64,000 bases of DNA. Source: Curvularia clavata. Lineage: Eukaryota. Position numbers and translations under genes: made by a program. The notes beneath the pieces were generated by a model. The model was given only the letters and a program-made list of their open reading frames with translations. It had not been told where the DNA came from and searched no databases. The DNA is taken from positions 3,658,001 through 3,722,000 of the forward strand of contig CP089274.1 of the NCBI GenBank assembly GCA_023920165.1, written 5' to 3'. Positions 1-13,500 of the stretch are shown piece after piece (the stretch's first letter is position 1; every line of letters begins with the position of its first letter).

Positions 1-3000
1 GGAGAGAGAGTGTGTGTGCTCATTTCATCGCCTTAATTCCTTTTGTTCGCCACAAAAATACAATATTCCTCCTCACAAGCGAAAAAAAAAGATAGACTCT
101 TAAGACTACACGTAGATCAAAGCAGCTCACTGTATGTAGCAGTAGCATTTTCACAGAACGAGAGATGCTCGATCCAGACTTTTCTCCTCTGCGCATATGG
201 GCCGATATCTTACTTTTTCCCAGACTAGATGTGGGCTAGTTGGTGTAGTGGTGGCGGAGAGGGGGGACTAGGGCTAGGGCTATGCAAAAAGCACAATTAG
301 TACACCTAGCTTTGGTGTGGCTAGCTGTTCGCTTCTGCCGACTGGATAGGTATAGAAGGTACGTACGATAACGGCGGCGGTTTTGTGTCACATCCGGGTA
401 TAAAACATCGTACGAGATATCGGGGCTAAGGTCGAGAGAGCGCGCGCGCACGCCCATGTGGAGATCCAGATCATTGAATGGCAACACTTGATTTGGGCTT
501 GCAGCTCAGCTTCCGATTTGCAGCAGTGTACGGGCCGAAATATTCTTCTTTCGCTACAGATGCAAGAGGTGAGAGGTCTAGCGAAAAACATTCACGCTGG
601 TTGTTGATTCCACGACCATATTTTTGTCTTTGCCGATCCGCAAGGAGACGTCTCTTTTATGTGGATCATTATGTTTCTCGTTTTCTCACCGGATGGCATG
701 GCTCGCGCGTCCATGTACCTGCAGCCATCTTGCACTTGGGATATGTCGGTTGGTGATAAAATCTCTGGTAATGGATTCGGAAGGGAGAAAGCAGTGCGCT
801 TAACGCGTCAAGTTTCATTGGGGAAGCTAACCAAGAATACGAGCGGGCGTGAACAAGACAACTGTAGCGTTCCACAAGCTGGCCATGAAGCGAACGGTGG
901 TGGCCGACGCTTGCTCATGCCCAATGCCCCGTGCTTAGAGTTGGATCATGCAGCCTTGCGTAGAGTACCAGATTCATGGGCCCTCTTGTCGTTGTCATCG
1001 TCTGAACAAAGCAAAAAGGTGGCCACGGTCGCTTTGTGCTATTAGACCGGAGAGCGTTTCCTCTCGGAATGAGCAAAAAGGGAGCACAGTCTCAGCTGTC
1101 ACGCCATTGGAAGGCCGCACCGCACGTGATAAAACAGAGCAAGGGAGAGCCTTACTCAATGAGCAACGAAGTGCATGTACACACCTCGGAATGTTGACAG
1201 CCCTACGCTCATTCTCGATTGCACGCAAAGAAACCAGGTACAGGGTCATAGCCTACAGCTTGCTGCTCGCTGTCGAATCATCACATGTGTTGCTCAGTCC
1301 GATAATACATGGACTGGGGGCCACTTGGTGTCTCGAATAGACAAGAAAAACCGTAGGAGCCAATACATGTCGTCGTACGTATGATGAGAGCGTGTAGCAA
1401 ACCAAGGAACGCAGTGGCACACCCTACACTGACACAAAATCATGGCCTTATTCTGCAGTAAGCCACACAGAGATAAGACTCGTACTACCCGAGCTGTGTC
1501 GTCAATTTTACTTTTGCAGAAAGAGCAAATCTCCTAGCAGGGGGGCCGGAGCCGAACACATGCTGACAGTTGGCAGTATGCTGTGCTACGTGTGGGGGAA
1601 TATGTGCTGATACTGAATAACGATGTTAGTCTGTAGTGGAAGGTTACTGGGATGTGGCTGAGTAAATTGAGTGGCGAGGTGGGTGGTTGCCCGGCTGTGT
1701 AACCACCACGCACCACTGAAGGTGTTTTGCGCAGCAAACAAAACGTAAGCCTCCCGATACAAGTAAAGCACGGAGAAACCTGTGGCCGTGTATAGCCGCG
1801 TACGACTGCAGCAGAGCAAAGCAAAAGTATTGCGGTACAGTGCATGAAACAAGTCTTCCGTTTAATGGGTCGTCAATAGGATAGTGTATGTTGTAACGGT
1901 TGAGTGCGGCCATGTCAATGCCTACTCAAGGCATTCCTGTATTGTGTCGGGAGACGACACTGGACGGCCCTAAATCAAACTGTTTGCTAGCCACAGTATC
2001 ACTACTCCGTAGCACATGCAGAGCCGCACCACGATGCACATGTGATGTCAAAGTGACAGGTTTGATGAAGGGGTGGTCACGGGATGGGACAGCGCCTCGG
2101 AAGGAGAAAGAAAATCCAGTCAGTCACCGAGTAAAAGGTTCCAAGGCGCAGCACAGGTGGCATTCACAAAGGTCGGGCCATCCGTGTATAGGCCCAGGCA
2201 GCCGGGCACGTGTCTAAACGAGTGCAAACAGCCATGAAGCTTACTGTGCAAGGTTTTCCTCTTGCTTTTGTTCCAAGGTAGCCATCCCTACTCGAGAGTA
2301 AATATCCGGTGTGCGGCCAGCCACGTCCGAGAGGCCTTTCATCACGCGGGAGCTTGCGGGTGCATCCTTGCTACAAGCGAGACACACACCCTACTGGGCT
2401 GCTTTGGCACAAGAAGCAAAGAAAGGAGGCGTTTTCGTGGGCCGGACAAAGCAAAGTCTGGTTCCGAAAGAAAGGGAAAATCGCAACGGAAAGCGCGGAC
2501 GGGTTGGCTTTCGGAAAAAATCCAGCTCATGCAAGCACGGTAAAGCGACCACATGGAATGCCTACGCGAGTGGCAAAGAAGCGTGTTAGGTCCCCTCGTC
2601 CGCTGCTTCCCGCTCCCACGTTAATCAAGCAGGCGAGAAGCGAGTCTCAACGCCTTCAAGGGTCGGTTTCGTAAGAATGATCTCGATACGAGCTCATAGC
2701 TGGTAGATCTGAAGCCACTCCAGGGGGGAAGGGCCAAGCCAATCCTACGAAGACCAACGTTTTGGGGACAGCATGAGTCGAAAGGCAGATAGTGGATGCC
2801 TTGTAAGTGTGTGTGCGGATGGGGAATGTGTATTCACCCAGCGAATGGATTACAGGCTCCTTTAGTCGAGGTAATATCGAGTGGAGCTGGATTGGGTAAA
2901 TGAGAGGATTCCCAAGCTGTGAATGTCACGGCCGCATTTTGCACAGCTGGCTCCATACATGACGATAGAGGGCTTGCATGTCTGACCGTGGCTGCGGGAC

Positions 3001-5089
3001 GATTTTGGCCATGATGCAACAGGACGAGATTGAGCCATTTGTTTATCCAGGCTAGCGCAAGAAGGAAAAAAAAGAGGCTACCTGGTGAATGACCTGCCAC
3101 AGTTTCCAGCCGCGCTTCTTGGCACCAGTCATCCTTCCACTTTGACGTGCAGGTCACCATGTGTGCCAGTGGAAGCAATCAAACGCCGCCATTGCTGATT
3201 TGCAACACTAAGCACGTGACATTGTTATTACTTTTTCTTCGTCATCTCCCTCCCGTGCAACCCATGCCCGGATTGGCTGCCGCCAAAACAAAAAGGATTT
3301 CTAACGGGCGCCCATCGCGATTCCGGTGACGCCGTTCTGCAGGTCAAGTCAAGGTACATTTTACATTTCCTACGCGACGGCGCTAGTTGCCTTGGAAGCA
3401 CCGACACAGCCGAGAGTCAACTCGAAGCCAACGGAGGCTGAAGCATGTTTGGTGGTTGATCAGGGAACCAGCCCGTTCAAAAAGGTGGCCAGCTGACCGG
3501 TCATCAAGGAAAGTCAAGTCAAGCGAGCGAGTATGAGAGAGAAGAACAAAGAGGCTTTGGGTTTTAGTAGCGAGCCTTGGTTGGTACGACTGAAACATGC
3601 TCACAGCCCGCAGCCGACGTGTCTTTTTGCGGATATTGCATTCCAACAGCAGCTGAACAAGGCTTGTTTGGGGACTATTGTTGGAAAGCGCAATATAGAT
3701 TGTGTTTGTTAGGGTGTATTGTTGTTACTGACAAGAGTCGCTCTGCGTAGCCTATACTTGCCATGTGTATAGTTCAACATCGGATGGTCTGAGCGGCTGG
3801 CCGGTTGGGCGGCTGCTGCTTCTCCCAACAAACACCTGCTCCAAGGCAACGAGCCAGGGCGCAAAAACCCAGAGAGAGGCAGACAAGAGTTCAGCCCCCC
3901 CTGATCAGAGAGTCTCGATCCCGCACTTCGGTCATTAATCGCCCCGCCACCGTCCCCTCAACACCTGCATTGGATATCCGTTGACAGCCATCTGTGATGC
4001 CCCCTTTGGACAGGTGCGTTAGTCCGCTTGGGGCCAAGGGCAAAGAGAGGCGCAGCCTTTGTCCAATGAGGGCAGGCAAGTCAAGAGCGACTACTGCACA
4101 CTTACATGGTCATCACGCAGAAGGCTATGCACATGTGCTGCCGTGGTGGAACCGGTGATTTGCTGTTGGCTCTAGGCTGATTGCGTCGATGGCTGTGGGA
4201 GGCTTTGCAGATGCATACGGACGATGCCCACAGCGTGGAGCTTAGATTGGGGAGTCGACTAGGGGTCTGGTTGGATACGATCTTGATTTCATGCACTAGT
4301 CCATCTCTGTTTTGGGGTGGATGCAGTATCGTGGTGGAGACGCTGCAGATTTGATGTGTTGTGGCACCTTGACTCGACTAGGCCTGCTACGTGGGCTGGT
4401 CATGTGGCGTCGGCAAAGACAACGTCTAGGTAGAGTATGTACTTGGTCATAGAGAGCAAGAAGAAACGACAACACATGTCACTTGTCAAGTTGAGAAGAG
4501 GTGGCAAGCTTTACTGTTGGCTGGTCGTCTGCAACTAGTGTTGCAGCACCGTAGGGGTATGTTTTTTTGTCATTTGGAAGTTTGCTGGAAGCAAATATGG
4601 TGGTCCTTCTTGTGGGACTTACTAACGTACATTGTTGAGCTCTTGCTCTGGTATCTTTAGATATGAAATATAGAAATCAATAAGAATTGTAAATGAACGT
4701 GATAGAGCCAGGGCCTCGATGGACCCAAAACTCGAGTAAATAGGGACAACTCCGAGAAATGCCCAAATATAACCCTACTCCTAACGTTGGCGGCGAAAGC
4801 CCATTGCAGCAGCCGGAAGAAACAAACTCTATGCCATCAAGGCGGTTTGACAGAGTTAAACGTGCTAGGCCGTTGTGGCCGAAAATTCTAACGGTGAAGA
4901 CCAGAAGGTTGTCGATACTGGTCTAGTTTTTATAACGCCGAAGGAGAAAAACAACCCACCCCAACACCTAGCGAGAAACAACAGCGGTTCGTCTCATCAT
5001 GACTTTTTTTTAGAAAATAGATATAAAAACATGGACAAGAAGCGGATTCGTAAGCGGGGTTCCATGAAGCCATGGACAAGAAAGGTGGC

Positions 5090-6460
5090 CTAGTAAACGT
5101 GGACCGGAGCCATGATGGAGGGCTGGAAGGAGACGTGCTTTACGAGGTTGGCAGCCTGGATAAAAGGTTGAAACCAGGTGTTGGCGGGAGGTTGAGGAGA
5201 AACGTATTGTTGAGATGGAGGCTGCGGCTGCGGCACGCGGGAGGAGAACTTGGGAAGCTGCGACGGTGAGACCTGGTAAGACGAGGTCGACGAAGCCGAC
5301 GAAGCCGACGAGCAAGCAGAGAAGACGGACTCGCCGTCAGAGTTTGAGCTGCCCGAGGAGGTGGACGACTGGAAAGGTGATGGTGCGTAGGCCGAGCCTG
5401 GAAGAGGAGCGAACTGGGGAACAGCAGGAGCCTGGTAGTACTGGTTGTAGGCGGGATCCTGAGCATAGTCCACTGGGCCAAATGCAGGGGTTGGCAGAGG
5501 AGTCGAGACAGCCGACTTGGTAGCCGTGAAGGAAGAGCATCGGAGGATCATGTCACGAACCTCTGGGATGGTGGCCCTCTTGGCGGGGTTGAACTCGAAC
5601 ATGCGCCTCAAGACAGCATCGAGCTCATCGGAGACGGGCAGAATAGTCTTGAGGAACTTGGGATCCTTCATGAAGGCGCGGAAAGTGCTGTCCTCGAACG
5701 AGGCGCGCTTCCATGGGTTGCGGCCGCATGTGAGGTTGACAAGCATGACACCCAGGCTCCAGACGTCGTTGGGGGCTGAAGCATAGCATGAGTATGGCTT
5801 GGGTGCCGATGTCTGGCATTCTGTAATGTGGGTTAGCACGTGATTTGATGACTCAGCAGAGTGTAACCTACCTGGAGACATGTAGAAGGTGGAACCGCAT
5901 CCAAAGTCGGAGGTGACTGGGTCAGTGGTGGCGAGTCCAAAGTCGGCCAGCTTGCAGGTCATTCCATTGTCAGTGACGAGAACGTTCTCCGGCTTGAGGT
6001 CCCGGTGGTAAATTCCAATAGAGTGGCAGTATTCAACGGCATCCAAAACCTGGAGGAAGGCACGCTTGGCCATGGCGTCGTTACCCACATACTTGCCCTG
6101 CTCAGTGATGTTGGAGAAGAGATCGCCCTCTGGGCAGTACTCAATGACAACATATGTGCAATCGGGCGCGTCCATGATCTTGACGAGCGAGACGACATTG
6201 GGGTGGGCGCTGGCCTGGTGGTGCAGCTGGATCTCCCGTTGCTGGAACTTCCTCTGGCGAGGCTCAAGACCAACCTTGTTGAGCGCCTTTACGGCGTAGG
6301 GAATGTTGGTCTGGATGTCGACGGCAGTGTAGACAACGCCGTAGGCTCCAACACCAAGGACGCTGGTCAGCTGGAGACGTCCAGCGAGAACCTGGCCTAG
6401 TCGTTCTTCGGGCGCGCAGAAACCATTTTGGGAGGGAGAAGCTGGTGGCGTGGGGTACAT
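5090..6460 (-). CDS. ran1: Ran1/Pat1-like (Sks1/Vhs1 family) Ser/Thr protein kinase; exons 6460-5872 and 5820-5090
   Basis: Kinase motifs LGVGAYGVV, YAVK, YHRDLKPEN, LADFGLA, FGCGSTFYMSPE, NDVWSLG and the family-typical NLTCGRNPWKRA. Intron 5821-5871 (GTAGGT..GCTAAC..CAG) restores SPEC. First ATG at 6460; S/P/Q-rich tail. Confidence 0.93.
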   Translation of the reverse strand: MYPTPPASPSQNGFCAPEERLGQVLAGRLQLTSVLGVGAYGVVYTAVDIQTNIPYAVKALNKVGLEPRQRKFQQREIQLHHQASAHPNVVSLVKIMDAPDCTYVVIEYCPEGDLFSNITEQGKYVGNDAMAKRAFLQVLDAVEYCHSIGIYHRDLKPENVLVTDNGMTCKLADFGLATTDPVTSDFGCGSTFYMSPGRLHSAESSNHVLTHITECQTSAPKPYSCYASAPNDVWSLGVMLVNLTCGRNPWKRASFEDSTFRAFMKDPKFLKTILPVSDELDAVLRRMFEFNPAKRATIPEVRDMILRCSSFTATKSAVSTPLPTPAFGPVDYAQDPAYNQYYQAPAVPQFAPLPGSAYAPSPFQSSTSSGSSNSDGESVFSACSSASSASSTSSYQVSPSQLPKFSSRVPQPQPPSQQYVSPQPPANTWFQPFIQAANLVKHVSFQPSIMAPVHVY

Positions 6461-6978
6461 TCTGTTAATAGAGGGTAAAGAGCAAAGAGTCCTCGCAGGT
6501 CCAATCAAGGCCTCAAGGACGGGTCTGAGTAATCCGGGGAGGGTTGGTAAGCGTGTGGCCTTTGTCCGGATGGAAGAGAAAACCAAGTGGTGGAAAGACT
6601 GGGAGAAGAAAGAACAGCCTATTAGAAAGGGATACGTGCGGCAGGAGCAACCGGAAGTGGCAAGTCAGGTGACTTTGGTGGTTGGGCAGGGACGGCGACG
6701 TGTGATTGGGCGCAGTGCAGCGAGACGGCTGAGATGTGATGGCGAAACCGCGAAGCAGCAGAGAGTAATGAGCAAGGAATGTGTTGTGCGAGAGGGATGG
6801 ATGTGGTAGGATGTATAGTTGTTTTGAGGAGAGAGGATGTGTGTAGGATGTAGGTAGAGGAGGAGGATGCGGGTGGTGAGGGTGTAAAGTGTGAGGCGGG
6901 ATATGATGTATGTGTATGAGGACGGCTGGGCGGCCAGCGGTGATAAAGAGAGGCTTGCCGGGGAGGGCGAGGGCGGCG

Positions 6979-8428
6979 ATTGGCCAGGCAGGAGGGCCCC
7001 GGTTTTTCGTAAATATAGGGAAGGAGCGGCGCTATGACGAAGAGGGATGGGGCGACAGAGCGAGTGCAGGCGGCCATCAGCGATATGCGCCATGGCCTCC
7101 GGCACACACACACACACTCACTCAGACTCACACGCACCCTCACACACGCACTCGCACATGGATGCACACGCACACGGACGCACAGGCTAACGTCTGGGCC
7201 CACTGGTGCAGCCCACCCTGGCGCAGCCAAGTGGCCCAAGCCGCAGCAGGGAGCAGCCCGTCTTTAGCCAGTTGGACGCTAGCCGTGGGCCAACAAAGGC
7301 CGTCATGCAGCTACCGCAGGCCCTTGGTCGGGTGTGAATCATGGCGCCTGGCAGAGGCCCTCTTCACCGGGCGGCTGTGGCCTGGGCCCAATCAGCACCA
7401 CCGTCAGCACACAGCAGCCGGGGCCCGACGCGACAAGTGCAGCAGCCTCGATGCAGCGTCGCCCACTGGCTCGTCAGCTCGCAGAGAGGACACCTGTCGC
7501 ACGCAGCAGAGGCGTGCCGCCACCGTGGGCTGATTGGCCGCGCCCCGGCGTCCAAGCCTCGCTCCCTGCTCATGGCGGCCCATCAGGCGGGCCCACTGCT
7601 GTACGAGCACCGCGCTGAAAACCACCGCGCCGCGCCCAGCAGATTGCTGCTCTAGTCCCAAAGCGGCCTAGCGCGCACAAAGCCCATGTGTCCAGGCTGA
7701 CGACGTCGACGACAAAAGCCGCGAGCGCACGGGCGGCGTTCGATAGTCTGCGCTGGCCGCCCCCCCATGACGAGTCCAAACGACGATCTCGCAACGCTGC
7801 GGCACTGTGGCCTGCATCTGTGACTGTCATGCCGCCAGCACGCCCTTGGATCCCGTCTACCTGAACCCGGTCCTGTCTCTGCTCAACGGCACACCTGGCT
7901 GCTGTAATCTCGCCCTCACGTTTCGGTTTCGAGTGGGTGGACCGCCTGCCGCCTGTACGCCTTGTCGACGACGACGAGGCCCGCCTGGCGTGCGCGCTTG
8001 TCTTGGTGCTGGCGATTGCGAACTCACCTCAGCCCGTCGATGCTCTACGCCTCTCGACTGCTCTGCTCTGCTCTACTCTTGTCGCTGCGCGCTGGCGGCT
8101 GCTCCGCCCTGTTGCTTGCACACCAAATGGGGCGCGCCAAAAAAGAGCGTTGGCCGTGACACATGGTGGCCGCTGCCTGATCGGGCTCAGCACGTCCCCA
8201 CGCCTGCCAACCTTGGCCCTGTCCCAAGCCCGCTCGCCATTGGCCGCCCAGCCTTATTGCCCTCCTGCCAATGACTAACGGAACCGTTCACCCTTCCTGC
8301 TCGGCTCCCAGGGCAATCTTGCCTGCCTTCTCCTGGGCCCGCCAGTGGCGCCCTAGGGCTACCAGAATTTTCGAGACTTTGCTGCCGAGCCAATCCAACC
8401 CCATATCATTTCTGACTTTTCGCCCAAT
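6979..8428. promoter_or_regulatory. GC-rich upstream regulatory region of the kinase with clustered CCAAT boxes and a TATA-like element
   Basis: CCAAT/ATTGG at 6979, 7388, 7533, 8239, 8268, 8390 and 8424. TATATTTA on the minus strand near 7010-7017, followed by an about 500-nt CT-rich, ATG-free leader down to 6460. Confidence 0.45.
7103..7184. repeat. (CA)n microsatellite decaying into CACG/CACA repeats
   Basis: cacacacacacacactcactcagactcacacgcaccctcacacacgca... visible directly. Confidence 0.8.
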
Positions 8429-10515
8429 CACCGCCCGCCTCTGCCATCCCCTCGACGTGTCGCTGCAGTCCTCTCTCCGTCTTGTGACCTGGCCGTCACC
8501 GCCTACCGCCTTGGACAGGTCTCACCCACACCGGTCATTCGCTCTCGCCCTCATACCGTGGCGTATTGTATTGCGCAATAGCCTGGGGGCGAACTCGTGT
8601 TGATCCATGGCTGGTCCTGCGCAATACCAACAAAACCTTTTCCATGGCTTCCAGATCCAGCTCTCAACCGTCCAAAGCCTACCCGCTCGTATCTTGTCGC
8701 TATCCATGTCTGGTTGACGAATAGCCAAACTCGTCCCGTCCGCATATGAACCGTCAGGCGCTGGGGTGTCGACCGCCCTCCAAAGCTTACCTAGCCCAAG
8801 CGAGCCACCCGTGCCCACCACCTGCAGATTCCAATTCTTTTTCTGCCTTCCGCCCTCATCCGTGCGCTGGCACAGATGCCAATCAGGTCCGTTGCCCGCC
8901 TGCCTAAACTTACCAGCGGGAGTCTGTGAGTCTGTCACTCACACCCGCCCATCATCATCATTATCCACCACGCAATTCGCCCCCTCTTCCTTCCTTCGCA
9001 GCCGGGCTCCCAGTTACCCATCAACTTTTGTCGGTGCTCATTACAAAGAACCGTTCCCAAGACCATGGCGCCAGGTGACTGCTCAGCCACGACGTATACG
9101 CCGAATTAATTTCCCTCCACGCTAGCAAAATCTTCTTCATAACATTGCCCAGCACATCATTTGCATACGAGGCTGCCGCCCACGTCTATGCATGCCATAA
9201 TGCAAACACACACACACGCACACACAAGTCCACCACCATCTGTTTGTCCTCTGCCTATTGCCCCCTTTCTCTTATGCTCCCCACCTCTTTGACCCGCACC
9301 AATATGCTCTACCACACATGTACTATGCGTGGTATCCATAGTCCCCCAACCGTTGTAATCTCTGATTCGCCAGAGCCCATGCCTCCCTACGCAAGCCAGG
9401 TTTTCTCCACAAAGCTCGAGCGTTTCAGTGGACATACAGAGTTACACATTCACCGCCAAATGGCGTCAAGGATGCTGCCATTGGTTTAGCTCCTGTTGCT
9501 GTGTTTGATCTTATCGATAGCTGCCCTTGGGCGAAAAATAAGCCTGCCCCTCTATGCCAACCTCCTGTACCTATCCTCAAACTCTAACAGTGGCCGTGTG
9601 AGCAAGGGAACGCCCAATCGACATGGCTGTACGGAGTATCTTCACTGCATCCCTCTCCATGGCTAGTAGATCCTGCGACGTGGCGCCCGCCGCTGGTGCA
9701 AGATCAGACGGAAATAATGCCAATCAGGCCGCTCCACAGGGCATCCACAAACACTCTTCTACCAGACTCCAGACTCTTCCTGGGTTAAAAAAAAATCTTG
9801 ATAATCAGCGGATGAGCAGATTACAGCCTCGTTTTACTCAGTTTGGCCGGTCTTGTCTTGATCACTTTCAAACTCAGACTGTCTAGAAGAACAACCAGTG
9901 GCAACATCTCAATCACTCCATCATGCGGTCTTATCAAAGCCACGCAGCCATTGATCAAGAGAAAACTCTGCCAAAACACAAGCTACACCGCTCCAAGTCG
10001 GTCCGCAACTTGTAAAGTCGACTTGGGGGCCATACAGGCATCACGGTTTTGCCTCGTTCATGGTTGGACCAAACTCCACCAGGCGTTTTGTGTTTACTTC
10101 TTCTTTACGATCATCATGCGTTGGAGAGACTGTCTGCCAAGTAGTCTGCTATTCCGACACACCAAGTTTGGCCGTTGTGTCGCTCCTTGCTGACTGTACA
10201 TACCTCCGTCTCACGCCTTCTACAGTGGCCCCTTCGCTAGTGGCTGATCGTTCGGACTAACCTGCGCGTATCGACTGATGATTGCCGGACGGCGAAGCGG
10301 CCACAGAAAATGTCATCATACCGAGCGGCCAAGTCATGCAGGACCCTGCACATCACTTTATTCTGATACAGAGACCAAGTTCTTGTCCCGCGTTCCCATC
10401 AAGCTGCAAGCCACGGGCTTCAAAGAAAATCGCATGTGCAAGTTGACTTTGATGCGGCACGATAATGTGGTTGATGGTTGCTGCATATTCGTTACAGTCG
10501 CTTGACAAACTCTCG

Positions 10516-10532
10516 ACACACACACACACACA
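10516..10532. repeat. (AC)8 microsatellite
   Basis: acacacacacacacaca visible directly. Confidence 0.85.
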
Positions 10533-13500
10533 TGACAAGACGACTCCTCACCACTGTCCAGCCGGCCCCCATGGCCTACCCAACACCCTCAACAGTCCAC
10601 GTATTCTGGCCGACTTGTAAGCCACCCGTCTTGCTCCACCATGGTTCATCAGATCAGCAATTACGGCTCCTTCGTGGGACCCAACTCGCTGGTGCAGAAT
10701 AGACTTCAAATCCTCGCTTGCAAGACCCTTCTAGTCGGCCTCGAATGTCCATTTGGCTTTGCTCCTCATTGGAACACACGTGTCTAGGGAGCTCCTAGTT
10801 GGCGGCAGCTAATCACCGAACCAAACTTTTTCCAAATTTTAGACTTTGCCTAAGATTAGATCGGCAGGAACTTCGGGCCTTTCACGGCTCCGCGGTGTCG
10901 TTCAGTCGCCCTTTTCGACCTGAGTAGCCGCTCTTCGTTGTCATTTGCACAGTCACACATGGCACCATTAGCGATTTGCCGGGTCGCCATGACTAAGGAA
11001 ACGATAATTTAATGTGTTTCTTACTGGCAGCATACGGCTGTGCCATGTGTTCGGACCCTGCCCCTCCCCCTTCACCTACTAAGGTCGGCAGTAGGAAGGC
11101 TTGCTTGCTCCGGCACTACTACCATCGGTGACTGGAATTTAAAATATGCAGCGTATGTCTCAATGTGCGCAAATCAGTCAATCTTCTGGCCTATTCCGAG
11201 TCTTGTCATCATTCCAAACTAGCTTGCCAAGCTTTTGCTGAGTATTGCAAACTCCTACTACATGCAATAAAGGCCCGTTTTGAAAATATCTTCAGCCGTG
11301 CCGATATGCTGCCCAAATCACAGCATACGTCACCATCACCGACACTCTTCTATTTCGACAGAGACGTGCAGCCGCTGTAAGCAATCACGGCTACATGCAA
11401 CCCCAGAGACTACTAGTGTTGCATCTATAACATCGATATCCCGGGTTAGACACGTGAGCTGAGAGCGCCATATTCCATCTGGGCGGTGTGTGAGACAGTG
11501 CTTCCCTCCCGAACGAAACTTTGTGTATGTGCACAGTACTCTGCCTCAACCTGGTCAGCATCAATTACCCGCACAGCCCAGATCGTTCCGCTTCTTCGCT
11601 TCTTCACGTGCTTCAATCTGTGCCTAACCAACGGTCCGCCTGGTAGACCCTGCACCACCATTTCGCACGTCAAGACCCAAACCCCGATGACTCTCTGCCA
11701 TGTTTCGCAATCGCATTAATGACCATGACTGATCACAGGATTCTTATACAGGACACTTTTACAGGGTCGACCCCTTTCCACTTGAGGCTGGGCGGTTATT
11801 CTTGTGTGTGTATATACATAGCCACGGACCCTCGTTACCCGCTTGGTGGGAAAAAAACGAGGTCGCCACTTGGGTCCGCCTCACCAGTCGCCCTGCGCTC
11901 CGCTCATCCCATCAGCACAAAACCAAATATGAAACAGCCTCGTATCTCAGATCTTCGGTAGTACAGTCATCCAGTTCACTAGCAACATAGTCACAGTCAA
12001 AGTCAGCCGATCACATCAAATGAATCATCACTAATCAGACTCCCCTGTGGTGCTATGTGGTGGCCATGCAAAGCACCGATGGATGGCCTCCAACAGCTGG
12101 GTAAAAGAATGCGCCTCCCAACATGTGCATGCGCGTAACGCCTGAAGGATGATGAGGGCATCCCACATCCTCCTGTCCTGTTGAGAGCTTGACAAAGTGG
12201 AGTTCCAGGGAGCTGCGGCACCGTGGCACAGCTGCACGCCATTTGATGCCGCTGTTGCGGGGGTGGGTCTGAGAATAGGTTCACAACCTCAAAGTTTAGG
12301 GCCGGCGGTTGCGCGATCCTGCTTGGCGTAACCGACGACAACGACTACTACTCATTTGAAGAATCCCATGAATAGAACGTCGCATGCGTGTGGGTGGGAT
12401 CCCTCATCTCCTAATGCAACCAAATTTCCTTCCCGGGCGTTGTATGCGAGTACTTTGCTTAGGCGCTGGTGGCAGATGCATGGATGCGGCGAGACCAACC
12501 CTAGGAGGAACAAACACCACACGCCAACATTTTTTTCCCTTGCCTGTCTGTATGAAGTCCTGAGACAATGGTGTCTGTTTAAAAAAAGAGCGTCTCCTTG
12601 GTGTGCGCCTTGGGGGGTGCCTAGAATCTCGATTTCTAAGATTGGAAACGTCAAAAACGTTCGAGTTCGTGCATAGACGCCTTGCTGCGTGTTTACGGCG
12701 AAAAAGCGTCACCTACGCGCTGTGGATTGGACTAGGGAGTAGTGACGTCGAGGATTCACTAAACTTCACAAAAATAAACATTGTTTAAGAGTAGTAGCAG
12801 TAGGAGTGCAGAAAAAAAGAGGGGAAAAAAGAGGAGAGGAGGGGCCTGAAAGGCGTAGGTGTATGTAAGCTTTTGGGCGTACAATCATGGCGCTGGGTAG
12901 TGGCGAGCGGCGGAATCAGCAAAGCAGCATCAGCATGGCATCAGCAGAAATGTTGACAAATGCGATTATCGTCTCGCGTTGGTACGACGGAATGCGAGAC
13001 CGAGCGGATATTCAGCTATGCATGGTGATGGATGGGTTACGTCTTTTGCTGAGATGTGCAGGAGGTGGTGGAAACTGTGTGCTGTGAGATGAGAAGCTGA
13101 ATAGCAGAGGTCATACTAGCCAGAGCCCGTTAATCACTCGTTCCTTCTAAGTAGCCATTGAACTTGGGGATTGGAAATACACATTTCAGTAGTACCTATC
13201 GTTCATATCCATACTCACCTTAGACGCAAGACTCACACGTCCTTTGTTCCCTATACACTATCTATTGGGGGCTTTCCTTCCTATGGCTTTGTTTTCTGCC
13301 CTCAGCAATACAATAATATATGTATCGCTAATTTCTTTCTCTATGCCTTGACACACATATATATACACATCAACATATAATTACCTGCAATATCCCCTAG
13401 AGTGAATCTCAGGTTATCTCTCTTTTACTTTACTTACACGTCTTTGTGACGACTCGTGTTCTTAGGTTTTATTTTGAGAGTGTGGGATGGAGATTCACGG

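Noticed and set aside
43..4874. Many 60-130 aa ORFs in the track
   Set aside because: No recognisable domains or codon bias, mostly non-ATG starts, and no splice-consistent gene model.
6461..6586. TTG-initiated 42-aa N-terminal extension of the kinase
   Set aside because: Weak context for the TTG and a good context at ATG 6460. An open frame is expected by chance in a CT-rich leader.
12971..13000. Isolated 10-bp hairpin GTCTCGCGTT/AATGCGAGAC
   Set aside because: A single short stem with no RNA-family motif; plausible by chance in 64 kb.
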